From a virus (lineage: Duplodnaviria > Caudoviricetes), in IMG/VR virus record IMGVR_UViG_2551306416_000003, positions 444 to 64,443 of that record: a stretch of DNA of 64,000 nt; one strand, written 5' to 3'. This document shows, piece by piece, positions 1-9,898 of the stretch. Each line of letters starts with the position of its first letter. Within the stretch, counting starts at the first letter, position 1. Both the position numbers and the translations under genes were made by a program. The notes below the pieces were generated by a model. The model saw nothing but the letters and a program-made list of their open reading frames with translations, did not search any database and was not told where the DNA came from.

Positions 1-1
1 G

Positions 2-1540
<1,539 letters not shown>

Positions 1541-1577
1541 GACAATGGCACGCCCGCTTCAAGCGGGTGGCCAGCGA

Positions 1578-1628
1578 GCCGGCAGGGCAGGGCGCGGTGG
1601 TATGGGCGCCGGCCCTGCCGGCTTTTTT
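1578..1628 (+). terminator. Rho-independent terminator after acs
   Basis: GCCGGCAGGGC...GCCCTGCCGGC stem followed by TTTTTT. Confidence 0.75.
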
Positions 1629-1660
1629 ATGGTCTTTTTGGAAAAATATTGAGAAAAGAC

Positions 1661-1688
1661 TTGGCTTCGCTGTAAAGCTTGCTATAAT
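1661..1688 (+). promoter_or_regulatory. Sigma70-like promoter of tRNA-Ser
   Basis: TTGGCT-N16-TATAAT, 32 nt upstream of the tRNA. Confidence 0.6.
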
Positions 1689-1720
1689 GCATGGCTTCGC
1701 TGAACGCGAACCCGAATCCA

Positions 1721-1811
1721 GGAGAGGTGGATGAGTGGTTTAAGTCGCACGCCTGGAAAGCGTGTATAGGTTCATAGCCTATCGGGGGTTCGAATCCCCC
1801 CCTCTCCGCCA
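1721..1811 (+). tRNA. tRNA-Ser (anticodon GGA)
   Basis: GGAGAGG.../CCTCTCC acceptor stem, CACGC-CTGGAAA-GCGTG anticodon arm, long variable arm, GGTTCGAATCC T-loop, encoded CCA. Confidence 0.98.
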
Positions 1812-1817
1812 GAGCAG

Positions 1818-1858
1818 AACGCCTAACCTATTGATTTTCAATGGTTAGGCGTTTTTTT
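1818..1858 (+). terminator. Terminator after the tRNA
   Basis: AACGCCTAACC...GGTTAGGCGTT stem plus T tract. Confidence 0.8.
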
Positions 1859-1892
1859 ATGTCTCGTGAAATGGGGTGGAATAGGATGTGGT

Positions 1893-1922
1893 TGGCATTC
1901 GAATGCCAGCAAAAATGCCAGC
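1893..1922. repeat. Putative integrase arm-type sites
   Basis: AATGCCAGC twice in direct repeat plus an inverted TGGCATT, between the tRNA and the integrase 3' end. Confidence 0.45.
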
Positions 1923-1977
1923 CTAAAGATAGGGCATTGTCATCCAGCGCCGAGCCAAAGGCGAGGCGCTGAACTCA

Positions 1978-3132
1978 TTAGCGACTGAACATCTGGACAG
2001 CTTTGGAACCCGCGTCAGGCTGAGCGTCCTTGACCCAGCGCCCGTAAACCCGGGCGATCATTGTCCAGTCTGAATGCCCCATTTGTTGTGCAACCCACAT
2101 TGGGGATTCGCCTGCAGTAAGCATCATACTTGCATAGGTATGTCGTGTTTGGTATGGGCGGCGATATCTGACTTTGGCCGCATCAATGGCGCGTTTCCAT
2201 GCACTGCGAACTACCAAATCGCCACTCCATCGTTTCCCGGTCCTTGGATTAGTGAAAATAAAGTCAGTTTTCCCTAACGTATGAGCTTTTTGGCCTTCGA
2301 GTGCCTCTAATGCCGGAGTTAGCAGTTTAACGTCGCGTTTACCCGCACGTGTTTTTGGCGGCTCGGCATCGCTCTTGTTCGCAATCGCTGCACGAGTGAG
2401 AGCCCGTCTAACCTGGATTGTTTTCCGATGCCAATCTATATCGGACCACTCGATAGCAATCAACTCTGATGTACGCAAACCGGTCCAGAAGGCAAACTTG
2501 AACATGTTGCGATCTTGACCTTCCATACAACTGAGGATCTGCTGTTGCTCGTTAGCAGAAAAAGGATCAACGTCATCTTCTGTTTTCACGACAGCGCGAC
2601 TCTTCCACTGCCAACCGTATAGAGGATTGGTGTCGATTAGCTCGTCTTGTGCCGCTAAATTCAAAGCGGATCGCAAAACCGATAGTCGGTTTTTGATTGC
2701 TTTTAGACTGGTCTGCTGGCTTGAGCACCAGTCCTTAATTGTCTTTCGATTTAAATCGCTTAGTTTGGTGGTGCCGAATGCCGGAATCAGGTGGTTGTTT
2801 ACGACTTTGCGGTACCCATCATAGGTAGACGCTTTGAGGTGGCTTCTTTGAGCATCCAACCATGAGTCCAGATATTTCTCTACCGTTAGTATTTCTCCTT
2901 TTCGCTCGGCAAAATAAGCCGCCCGAGGACTATCTGGGAAAGTTACTCGATACTCAAATGTTTGCTTTTGAATAGCGTCGAGGATTGCTGCCCTATGCTG
3001 GGCCGCTCGCTTCATATTCGCAGGGGTTGGGGCGAGCTTGAGGCGTTCGCGGCAGCGCTTGCCACGATAGGTAAAGGTGATTTCGATTGACGTTTCACTA
3101 GCCGCGACGACGCCCGTGCCATTTCTACCCAT
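1978..3132 (-). CDS. int: Tyrosine integrase with N-terminal arm-binding domain
   Basis: TGLRTSEL, PYQTRHTYAS, QMGHSD...VYG catalytic motifs; adjacent to tRNA. Confidence 0.95.
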   Translation of the reverse strand: MGRNGTGVVAASETSIEITFTYRGKRCRERLKLAPTPANMKRAAQHRAAILDAIQKQTFEYRVTFPDSPRAAYFAERKGEILTVEKYLDSWLDAQRSHLKASTYDGYRKVVNNHLIPAFGTTKLSDLNRKTIKDWCSSQQTSLKAIKNRLSVLRSALNLAAQDELIDTNPLYGWQWKSRAVVKTEDDVDPFSANEQQQILSCMEGQDRNMFKFAFWTGLRTSELIAIEWSDIDWHRKTIQVRRALTRAAIANKSDAEPPKTRAGKRDVKLLTPALEALEGQKAHTLGKTDFIFTNPRTGKRWSGDLVVRSAWKRAIDAAKVRYRRPYQTRHTYASMMLTAGESPMWVAQQMGHSDWTMIARVYGRWVKDAQPDAGSKAVQMFSR

Positions 3133-3293
3133 TTACAATATCCTTCAATATCAATAAGCCTTCGGCCATCAGCGGCCTTGATCCAGACTTTTCCTTCCAA
3201 CCACACACCATCCCGAATTTTGCTGTTGATAGCGTCCTCGCTATAGCCAGATGCATCAGAAAACTTAGCGATCGTTACGTATCTCACACTCAT
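3012..3293 (-). CDS. xis: Excisionase overlapping the integrase start
   Basis: YVTIAKFSDASGYSEDAI..KIRDGVWLEG.VWIKAADGRRLID winged-helix pattern; position upstream of int. Confidence 0.8.
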   Translation of the reverse strand: MSVRYVTIAKFSDASGYSEDAINSKIRDGVWLEGKVWIKAADGRRLIDIEGYCKWVEMARASSRLVKRQSKSPLPIVASAAANASSSPQPLRI

Positions 3294-3354
3294 CTGGAGC
3301 TCCAATACGTTGGTTTTAGTAACAGGTGCTGTTTTTGCTCTGCACGACATGAAG

Positions 3355-3720
3355 TCATTTCGGCGCCTCCCCTAAGCGAAGTTGATCCGTTAATGTGCTG
3401 CTGTAGTCGCTAAGACAAAGGCGGCGGGATTCTTCTCGGGAGTTCGAATGCCGGCGGCTGATGCCTGTATCGTCGCAAGTGATGATGTCTGCCAGCGGTA
3501 CGCCTCGAAATTGGCCGGCCAGTTCGTTGTCCAGCTCGACCCAGGCGAATCGCTGACCGTTGCCCAGGTGCTGACGAATGACCGACACATAGCCGGCCAG
3601 CACGCCATCGTCGGGCGTGTTGAACGTGATGCGGTCCAGGGACTGCGGGGGCTGCATCACGAAGTCACGCGGCTTGCTGCTGGTGGTGGCGATCACATCA
3701 AATTTCACAGGTGCATTCAT
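3355..3720 (-). CDS. Phage hypothetical protein (paralog at 23592-23951)
   Basis: Near-identical N-terminal 85 aa in both elements; RBS GGAGAAG upstream. Confidence 0.7.
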   Translation of the reverse strand: MNAPVKFDVIATTSSKPRDFVMQPPQSLDRITFNTPDDGVLAGYVSVIRQHLGNGQRFAWVELDNELAGQFRGVPLADIITCDDTGISRRHSNSREESRRLCLSDYSSTLTDQLRLGEAPK

Positions 3721-3863
3721 TGCTTCTTCTCCTTGGTGGCCGTTACAGAGCACACGCCAAAGCGATCGACGGCGGCGGCGATCACGTCGCAGCTATGGGC
3801 TGCGATGGCGGTGTAGGAATGGCGTGCGTTGGCAGTGCGCACGACGACACGAAACGCGGTCAT
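3717..3863 (-). CDS. Small phage hypothetical protein (48 aa; paralog at 23948-24094)
   Basis: Conserved in both elements, stop overlaps the next start (ATGA). Confidence 0.65.
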   Translation of the reverse strand: MTAFRVVVRTANARHSYTAIAAHSCDVIAAAVDRFGVCSVTATKEKKQ

Positions 3864-5910
3864 GGGGGTTCCCTTTCGTTGGGTTGGGATCAATCGGAAG
3901 TTCGCTGACATCGAGCCTGCCGGCGCGCCAGTCGGCGACCTGGCGCGGCGTTCCGCGGCGCGGGGACTTGTCCGGCACAGGCACCACGCGTGGCCAGGGG
4001 CACGCCTTGATGGCATCCCAAGCCGCCAGTGCGTGGCGCTGCTCATCGGCGGTCACGGCTGGCGCTGGCCATGTCGGCATGTCGTTGACCACTGGTCGAG
4101 GCCAGGGACATGCGCCCAGGGCGAGCCAGGCATGATCGATCTGCGCGGCCTGGTCGGGCTGGAACATGACCGGTGCGGGTGCCGCTTTCGGCTCGAAGGA
4201 CACATCCGCCGCAAAGTCAGGCCCAGCGGGCTGCGTACAGTTATTTACACGAGTCCAAGGGAAACCCGAACCCGCCGATGCGCGGGCGTCGTGCCCTTGA
4301 ACGGGCCTCCATGTATGCCGAACGGATTTAAAGACCACACCGACCATCTGGCGGCACTGGACGCCATAGGGCATCACGCGTTCGCACTCTTCATAGCGAC
4401 CAGTCACAGTCTTGGTTTCCTTGGCCAGGGTGACCATCAGATCGTCACGCTTCACCAGTGCGCCGCCCTGCGCACGCAGGTAACTCGCCCAGCAGGCACG
4501 CTTTTCGCCTTCGACCTTCTGCACGGCATCCCAGGCGGCAGCCATCGCCGGTGGCGCCTCTTGCACCATCTCTGCCGGCACGCGGCGCAGCTCGCGCCAG
4601 ACGCTCACCGGCGCGCCGCCCCACTGCTGGAATTGACGAATGCCCCAACGGGCCGCCCAGGCTTCCACACGGGCCGAGGGCGTTAGCTCACGATCCCCCG
4701 CCATATCGGTGGTGATGAGATAACCCTCTTTGGTCTTGTGGTCGGCCACGCCATCAATGTTCTTGGCCACGTACTTGGCGATATAACCGGCAGCACTTCC
4801 TTTCGTCCAGTCAATACGCTTCACGTCGAGGCGGCGCTTGAACGCCCCCGGTTCGCCACGATCCACGCGCCATGCATATCTCTTCATGATGCGGATAGCG
4901 CGGCTGGCCACGTCCTTGATGTGCGGCGTGGTATAGCCCGGCAGAGCGCGCACGAATACCAGCATGTGCCAGTGCGGGCAACCGTCGTGGTGGGGTTCAG
5001 CAATTCGGAAGCCGTACAGACCGATATCGCGTCGGGCCAGCGCCGAGCGCGCCAGGGCCGTCATCTTGCCCAGGTATCGATTGGCTGTGCGCGGGTCCGA
5101 ACCGTCATACTTCGGATTCGGCTTGCCGGTATGCAGCGTCGCATGGAAGCGGGATGGGCAGGACCAGGTGAGAAACAGCCCTTGGTCGTTGCATTCCTTC
5201 GCGATCATCTCGAAGCCATTGATGCGCAGCATGAGTTCGCCGCGGCGAATGGTCTTATTGGCCGTGGTCTTCTCGGCTAGCTCGGCGATGCTGAATTCCT
5301 GGCCCGCCTCATTGCGCACAATGGTGGCTTCCAGCGCGGCAGCATTGCGCCTGTTCTGCGCTAGGCGAGACAATACGGCATCATTGCTGGCGTAGGGCTC
5401 GCCGTGGTAGTGGACATAGCCCAGGCGGATATTGCCGCCCTCGAAGGCCCGGCCGACCACCTTGCGCAACTGCCGGCGCCACCAGCGAGGATCAACCACG
5501 CGGGCAATGATGGCGCGCAAGTCGTTATCGTCCACTTCCGGCACGTCAATACCGTAGTTGCTGCATTCTTGTTCGATGAGGTCGCGTGCGTGGGTATCGG
5601 AGATTGCCTTCCACAGCATTTTCTTGACGTTGTCAGCGGCCTTTTCTGCCGTGGCGCAGATATCCGCATCGTCCTGAGAAAGATCGATGCCGGCCGGCAC
5701 GTATTTTTCTGCGAAGTCACGGACGAACTCGACGGCCACCGGCTCGAAGATGCGGCGCCAGTGCCAGACCGACATCAGCTCTAGAGCCTCACTGACCACA
5801 CGGCCACGCCACTTCAAGGGGATGCGCGCCAGCTCCCTGGCGAACTGCGGCGACTCCGTGAACGCCCTATGCTGGCGCCGAGTCTTCGCATCGACTTTCC
5901 TATACTGCAT
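3793..5910 (-). CDS. P2-type replication endonuclease gpA (HUH rolling-circle initiator)
   Basis: EPHHDGCPHWHML HUH motif, GYIAKYVAKNIDG tyrosine motif, WGIRQFQQ, PWTRVNNCT ori motif. Confidence 0.95.
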   Translation of the reverse strand: MQYRKVDAKTRRQHRAFTESPQFARELARIPLKWRGRVVSEALELMSVWHWRRIFEPVAVEFVRDFAEKYVPAGIDLSQDDADICATAEKAADNVKKMLWKAISDTHARDLIEQECSNYGIDVPEVDDNDLRAIIARVVDPRWWRRQLRKVVGRAFEGGNIRLGYVHYHGEPYASNDAVLSRLAQNRRNAAALEATIVRNEAGQEFSIAELAEKTTANKTIRRGELMLRINGFEMIAKECNDQGLFLTWSCPSRFHATLHTGKPNPKYDGSDPRTANRYLGKMTALARSALARRDIGLYGFRIAEPHHDGCPHWHMLVFVRALPGYTTPHIKDVASRAIRIMKRYAWRVDRGEPGAFKRRLDVKRIDWTKGSAAGYIAKYVAKNIDGVADHKTKEGYLITTDMAGDRELTPSARVEAWAARWGIRQFQQWGGAPVSVWRELRRVPAEMVQEAPPAMAAAWDAVQKVEGEKRACWASYLRAQGGALVKRDDLMVTLAKETKTVTGRYEECERVMPYGVQCRQMVGVVFKSVRHTWRPVQGHDARASAGSGFPWTRVNNCTQPAGPDFAADVSFEPKAAPAPVMFQPDQAAQIDHAWLALGACPWPRPVVNDMPTWPAPAVTADEQRHALAAWDAIKACPWPRVVPVPDKSPRRGTPRQVADWRAGRLDVSELPIDPNPTKGNPHDRVSCRRAHCQRTPFLHRHRSP
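4234..4261 (-). other. Putative rolling-circle origin inside gpA
   Basis: CCCTTGGACTCGTGTAAATAACTGTACG (minus strand) at the position of the P2 ori (xxVNNC motif); identical copy at 24466-24493. Confidence 0.7.
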
Positions 5911-6253
5911 TGAGCGCTCTTTCGTAGGTCGTAATGGTACGCAGCACGGCATGACGCATGGCCAGGCGTTCAGCTTCAGTAAAGGAGTGAATGGGGCATT
6001 CCCAGCGATCTGCTGATAGACCCGCCAGGGCCAGGATGTGTCGGCGCACCGGCTTGGCCATGGCCGCCCAGGAATAAGCAATCCCCGTTTGCAGATTGGG
6101 CCGCCTGCGATTGCGCAGCAGCGACATGGACTTAGTTAGCTCTGCCTTGGCAGCTTCATTGCCAGGAGGCGTCGGTACCCATGCAGCGCGCTCGCGCAGC
6201 AGGTCCGATGCCGGACGGAATGACGCATGATCTTTGATTCGAGCACCACGCAT
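5900..6253 (-). CDS. Phage early hypothetical protein (paralog 26132-26485)
   Basis: Conserved in both elements, overlaps the gpA start. Confidence 0.7.
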   Translation of the reverse strand: MRGARIKDHASFRPASDLLRERAAWVPTPPGNEAAKAELTKSMSLLRNRRRPNLQTGIAYSWAAMAKPVRRHILALAGLSADRWECPIHSFTEAERLAMRHAVLRTITTYERALNAV

Positions 6254-6255
6254 GG

Positions 6256-6342
6256 TTACCCCTTCACCAGGCCAAGTGCTGCCAGCAGGGCTGGCGCGAG
6301 CAGTAGGAAACCTGCGATGCAATGAGCAATCACGGCACGCAT
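6256..6342 (-). CDS. 28-aa hydrophobic peptide (paralog 26488-26574)
   Basis: TAATG coupling to the upstream gene; conserved LLLAPALL.ALGLVKG. Confidence 0.5.
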   Translation of the reverse strand: MRAVIAHCIAGFLLLAPALLAALGLVKG

Positions 6343-6563
6343 TACCATGCTCCCATCAAGCCACCGAGACGCTGCAGGCGCTGAGCAAGGCGATGCCCAA
6401 TCGCAGATTTCCCCTGCCAAATCACATTCCATTGCAGGTCGTCCTGAAGCACCGCCTTGCGCAGCAACATCCGCTGCGCACATTGAAATTCTTTGATGTC
6501 GTCGCCCAGACGAAGCCGTAACGAGGCGAGGGCAAGAGCGACCGGTTGCTGATCGAGAGCCAT
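6342..6563 (-). CDS. Phage early hypothetical protein (paralog 26574-26780)
   Basis: Shared motif LQW.VIW.G...IG.RLA.RLQ.LGGL.G.W. Confidence 0.6.
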   Translation of the reverse strand: MALDQQPVALALASLRLRLGDDIKEFQCAQRMLLRKAVLQDDLQWNVIWQGKSAIGHRLAQRLQRLGGLMGAW

Positions 6564-6666
6564 GGTGAGGTTTCTTTAGGGTGAGCGAATCCCGCGTGCG
6601 CCAAATGGCGCACGGCAGGCGTTAATCAAATTGGGTTCAGTGACCGGCTAGGCGGTCAGCAACAGG

Positions 6667-6912
6667 TCAGGCGGTGCCTGTTCCTTGGGGGGCGAGATAG
6701 GCACGGGGCGAGATGGGAAGACTCACCTCAGGATTGGGCATGGCCGACAGGGAAACGGTACGAGAAATCTCCAGCGTGGCAACGAAGGTATGGCCACAAT
6801 CGACGTTCTGGCATCGATAGGTGATTTCCTTCATCAGCGTAGACATGGTCCGGCTTTTGGCTGCACGCACTGGGCTTTGGCAATGAGGGCACGGCAGGCT
6901 GATTACACGCAT
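6667..6912 (-). CDS. ogr: Ogr/Delta-family zinc-finger late activator
   Basis: CPHC...YRCQNVDCGHTFVATLE. Confidence 0.92.
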   Translation of the reverse strand: MRVISLPCPHCQSPVRAAKSRTMSTLMKEITYRCQNVDCGHTFVATLEISRTVSLSAMPNPEVSLPISPRAYLAPQGTGTA

Positions 6913-7103
6913 GTTGTTTTCTTTCCCTTGATGGCATAGAGTGCACGCCCCTTGCCAGTAATACGTTTGATACCTTCTCGAACAGATTGGGCCAGCGCGA
7001 ACTCGGCCGCCTGTTCAATCGTGTCGAAGCCCTCGCGGATCATGATCACTTCCAGGGCGTCGACCAACTCAGGATGGATGAACGGCAGTTCGATATCAGG
7101 CAT
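6903..7103 (-). CDS. Phage hypothetical protein (paralog 27111-27308)
   Basis: Conserved in both elements. Confidence 0.65.
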   Translation of the reverse strand: MPDIELPFIHPELVDALEVIMIREGFDTIEQAAEFALAQSVREGIKRITGKGRALYAIKGKKTTCV

Positions 7104-7338
7104 TGCGAGGCACTGAAAAGTGGCTCGTGAGCGCCTTGGCTTGCACGTTCTGCTCGGATAAGATCGGCATCGAATAGGATTGCGCCAGGGCGATGGCCTG
7201 ATGCATCAGCAGATCATGGGCCAGCGTGGCCAGGTTCTCGCCCTGGTACTGTGCCAGGGCTTTCATGATGTCGTAGTTATCGTCGTTGACGCGCACAACG
7301 ATGCGGCGATGACGGATTTTGCGGGGATCGTCGTACAT
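7096..7338 (-). CDS. Phage hypothetical, possibly ribbon-helix-helix regulator (paralog 27301-27543)
   Basis: MYDDPR.IR..RIV.R conserved in both elements. Confidence 0.65.
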   Translation of the reverse strand: MYDDPRKIRHRRIVVRVNDDNYDIMKALAQYQGENLATLAHDLLMHQAIALAQSYSMPILSEQNVQAKALTSHFSVPRNA

Positions 7339-7353
7339 AGCGGTCTCCGATGC

Positions 7354-7554
7354 TCAAGCCCGTTCGGCTTTGACGTCTTTGTCGTAGGCGGCCATGCCGC
7401 GCAAGATCAGCAGACGGACGAACGAAGAGCGCGTGCGCAAATCCTGGCGAGCCAGCTCAGCCAGTCGTTGTTCTTCATCAGCTTCAAGGCGAAAGGTAAC
7501 GGCCACCGAGGTATCGATATGGGGACGGGCTACGTGCTTGGAGAAAGTAGGCAT
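7354..7554 (-). CDS. Ribbon-helix-helix-like early regulator divergent from the repressor (paralog 27557-27781)
   Basis: VTFRL...E..L..LA..D.RTRSSFVRLLIL; Cox/Apl position in the switch. Confidence 0.6.
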   Translation of the reverse strand: MPTFSKHVARPHIDTSVAVTFRLEADEEQRLAELARQDLRTRSSFVRLLILRGMAAYDKDVKAERA

Positions 7555-7568
7555 ATGGGATAATTGGT

Positions 7569-7593
7569 TGTACACGTCACTTAGCAATGACGG
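7569..7593. promoter_or_regulatory. Operator-like palindrome in the genetic switch
   Basis: TGTACACGTCACTTAGCAATGACGG containing CGTCA-N8-TGACG; copy with 1 mismatch at 27793-27817. Confidence 0.55.
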
Positions 7594-7638
7594 CACTTTA
7601 TCACTCAAACGAGTGATTTGCAAACATTATTAATTCAA

Positions 7639-8082
7639 ATGAGTGATTTTTCTGACCGTCTAAAGGAAGAGCGAAAACGCTTAGGGCTCAACCAAGAGGA
7701 ATTTGCCGCGCTTGGAGGAGTTAAGAAGGGCGCGCAATTTAATTATGAAAATGGGAGCCGTGCACCAGATACCGACTATCTTTTCTCTATCGCACTGGCG
7801 GGAGTAGATCTAGTGTATTTGATGACTGGTGAGCCATCGGCGAGCACCATGTCAGACGATGAAAACGAGTTGTTGGCTGGCTATCGGAAATTGGATCTTC
7901 GTGCGAAGGCCCGTGTTCTTGGTGTAGTCGAGGGAGCGAGCGATGCCGATACTTCTCCGTCCGCTCCTAAAAATCGATCAAACATAACCATTCACGGTGG
8001 CGTCGGACAACAAATTCACGGCGAGACCTTTAAAAAGGTCGTTGGTCCTCAGATGGGCAAAGCCCCGTCTAAGAAGAAATAG
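7639..8082 (+). CDS. XRE-family CI-like repressor of element 1
   Basis: RLKEERKRLGLNQEEFAALGGV..AQFNYENGSRAPD HTH. Confidence 0.92.
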   Translation: MSDFSDRLKEERKRLGLNQEEFAALGGVKKGAQFNYENGSRAPDTDYLFSIALAGVDLVYLMTGEPSASTMSDDENELLAGYRKLDLRAKARVLGVVEGASDADTSPSAPKNRSNITIHGGVGQQIHGETFKKVVGPQMGKAPSKKK

Positions 8083-8168
8083 ATTTCTAATTTTTCGTGA
8101 ATTAGAGCAGTGCCTTTGCGAAGTAGGTGGAAGGCTGCATTAAAGATTGTTTTTGGAAGTGGGTAGGA

Positions 8169-8696
8169 ATGGTAAGAAAAATAAATATTCGGGGGAATGT
8201 TTCTCAGCTCATCAATGGGGATGTGCATAATGTAGCCACACTCACGACCATTGAGACTCGGAATTCGAGCGAAGTAATAGACGTGGGGGAACCCCAAAGG
8301 ATCACTGAATTTCAGCGGAAAAGAATCAACGTATTGGTGAAAGAATGGTCTGCCCTTTCCGGTGAAAAAGAAGTCGAAATTTATAAGATCTTTATGAAAG
8401 ACTTTGGAATTCGATATTTCCGCGAGCTCCCAATTGAGCATTATTCGACCGTGAAAGAAACACTAGAAGAATGGATTTCGGCAGGCGTGACCAAACCGGG
8501 GCCGGTTGCGGTCCCAGAGGTGGTGGAAGCAGTACACATTGAAAGAGCTCAACATCAATATGGATGCCCCGCTTGTCTTGAAAAGGATGCATCTTTCTCC
8601 CGAGCTCAAAGGGAGCTATTGGCGCTTCGAGCTTTGGCTTTCGCGCTCGCGCTCTTATGCGGATGGCTTCTCTACAAGATGCCGGTGCAAATTTAG
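8169..8696 (+). CDS. Hypothetical protein with C-terminal transmembrane helix (paralog 28420-29082)
   Basis: Conserved ITE.QRKRIN.LVKEW, C..C, and TM ending in CGWLLYKMP. Confidence 0.7.
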   Translation: MVRKINIRGNVSQLINGDVHNVATLTTIETRNSSEVIDVGEPQRITEFQRKRINVLVKEWSALSGEKEVEIYKIFMKDFGIRYFRELPIEHYSTVKETLEEWISAGVTKPGPVAVPEVVEAVHIERAQHQYGCPACLEKDASFSRAQRELLALRALAFALALLCGWLLYKMPVQI

Positions 8697-8736
8697 CTTT
8701 GGCAAGGCCAAACTAGCAGGTTGCCGGTAGTCGAAG

Positions 8737-8773
8737 AAACGCCCGCCGATAAAAAACTGGCGGGCGTTTTATT
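8737..8773. terminator. Bidirectional terminator
   Basis: AAACGCCCGCC...GGCGGGCGTTT hairpin between convergent regions. Confidence 0.7.
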
Positions 8774-8779
8774 TTGGTT

Positions 8780-9345
8780 AGTGAAATACTCAAACCGACG
8801 GCGGTGTTGACGCTGGTGTTGTTGACGTTGATGTCGCGTCCGGCCGCCAGCGTGACGCTGCTGCTGCCGTCAATGGCGCCGCCCAGGTTGTTGACGTCCT
8901 GCGCAGCCGCTACCGTGACCGCACCGCCACTGATGCGCCCACCCAGGTTCTGCACATTGTTCCCCGCCAGCGACACGCTCTGCCGCCCGGCAATCGTGCC
9001 GCCACTCTTGACGATATCCTGCGCCGCCTGGAAGGCCACGTTATTGCCCTCAATCAGCGTGCCCTGGCCGGTCACTTCCACATTGGAGGCGTGGATATAC
9101 ACCTGCGGCACCAGCACTTCCTGCGTACTGCCATCGGCAAGCGTCACGTTCTGCTTGACCAGCCAGACGATATCGGTCTTCAGTTCCGCAATCTGCGCAT
9201 CGGTCAGCGCCACGCCCACGGTGTAGTGATTGGCCTGCGCCACTTGCACACCCGCGTTCATCAAGGCCTGGTATTGCGCTTCATTGCTGCTGTATCCGGG
9301 CAGATACCGCTGGCCGGTGATCTGCTGAACTTGGCATTCGATGTA
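8780..9345 (-). pseudogene. Orphan internal cdiA/filamentous haemagglutinin fragment
   Basis: QQITGQRYL...GVALT..QIAEL..DIVWLV..VTL.DG....VLVPQVY followed by FHA repeats; no start or N-terminus. Confidence 0.85.
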
Positions 9346-9355
9346 ACGCGAGACT

Positions 9356-9691
9356 TTAAGCCCAATCAATCGAGCCATCTTGCAACAACCACCCGATTCC
9401 GCAAGGACATGACGGGGTGAAAAACCAGATACCATTATTTAGGTCACCGTCATAAGCGGGAAACGCCATACGGAATTGATCAAGGACGTCTTCGATAGAA
9501 TCACGAATCAATATCCCGTCTTTCGCTAACGTGATGAGACGTTCATCAACCATTTTTTTCAGCATCCACAAGAATTTTTCTTTCCTTTCTTCGTATGATT
9601 GACTGTCGTCTTCCAAATAAAGCCAAACTGCATCAAGCGCCATGCCTTTGACGCGCTCAAGGATAAATTGGTATCTCTCATTCGATAACAT
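9356..9691 (-). CDS. DUF596-like CDI immunity protein
   Basis: 111 aa; RKEKFLW.L..MVDE..I.L and WFF..CP.GIGW pattern; directly downstream of a toxin tip. Confidence 0.75.
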   Translation of the reverse strand: MLSNERYQFILERVKGMALDAVWLYLEDDSQSYEERKEKFLWMLKKMVDERLITLAKDGILIRDSIEDVLDQFRMAFPAYDGDLNNGIWFFTPSCPCGIGWLLQDGSIDWA

Positions 9692-9694
9692 GTC

Positions 9695-9898
9695 TCACCT
9701 AAATTTCAGTTCAAATTGTTTAATAGAAGAATTTATATTCTGCAACTGCGGAGAACCGCGTAAGTCAATCGTCCATCTAGCCCCTGTCACCCCTTGAGAG
9801 CTAGATACTGAACGCAATGTAACTGTTTGACCTCCTCCAAGATCTGCGACCCAAACACTCGGAGTTTTCTGCTCTAGGGGTGACTTCCCAGCCAGTTG
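9695..9898 (-). pseudogene. Last 67 codons of a CdiA-CT toxin, out of frame with upstream cdiA
   Basis: Manual translation QLAGKSPLEQKTPSVWVADLGGGQTVTLRSVSSSQGVTGARWTIDLRGSPQLQNINSSIKQFELKFR*, ending 4 nt before the immunity start. Confidence 0.7.

Noticed and set aside
1780-1811. Second copy of the tRNA-Ser 3' end (attR of element 1)
   Set aside because: I could not find it by eye in the window; it may lie downstream or be lost, so element 1's boundary is not asserted
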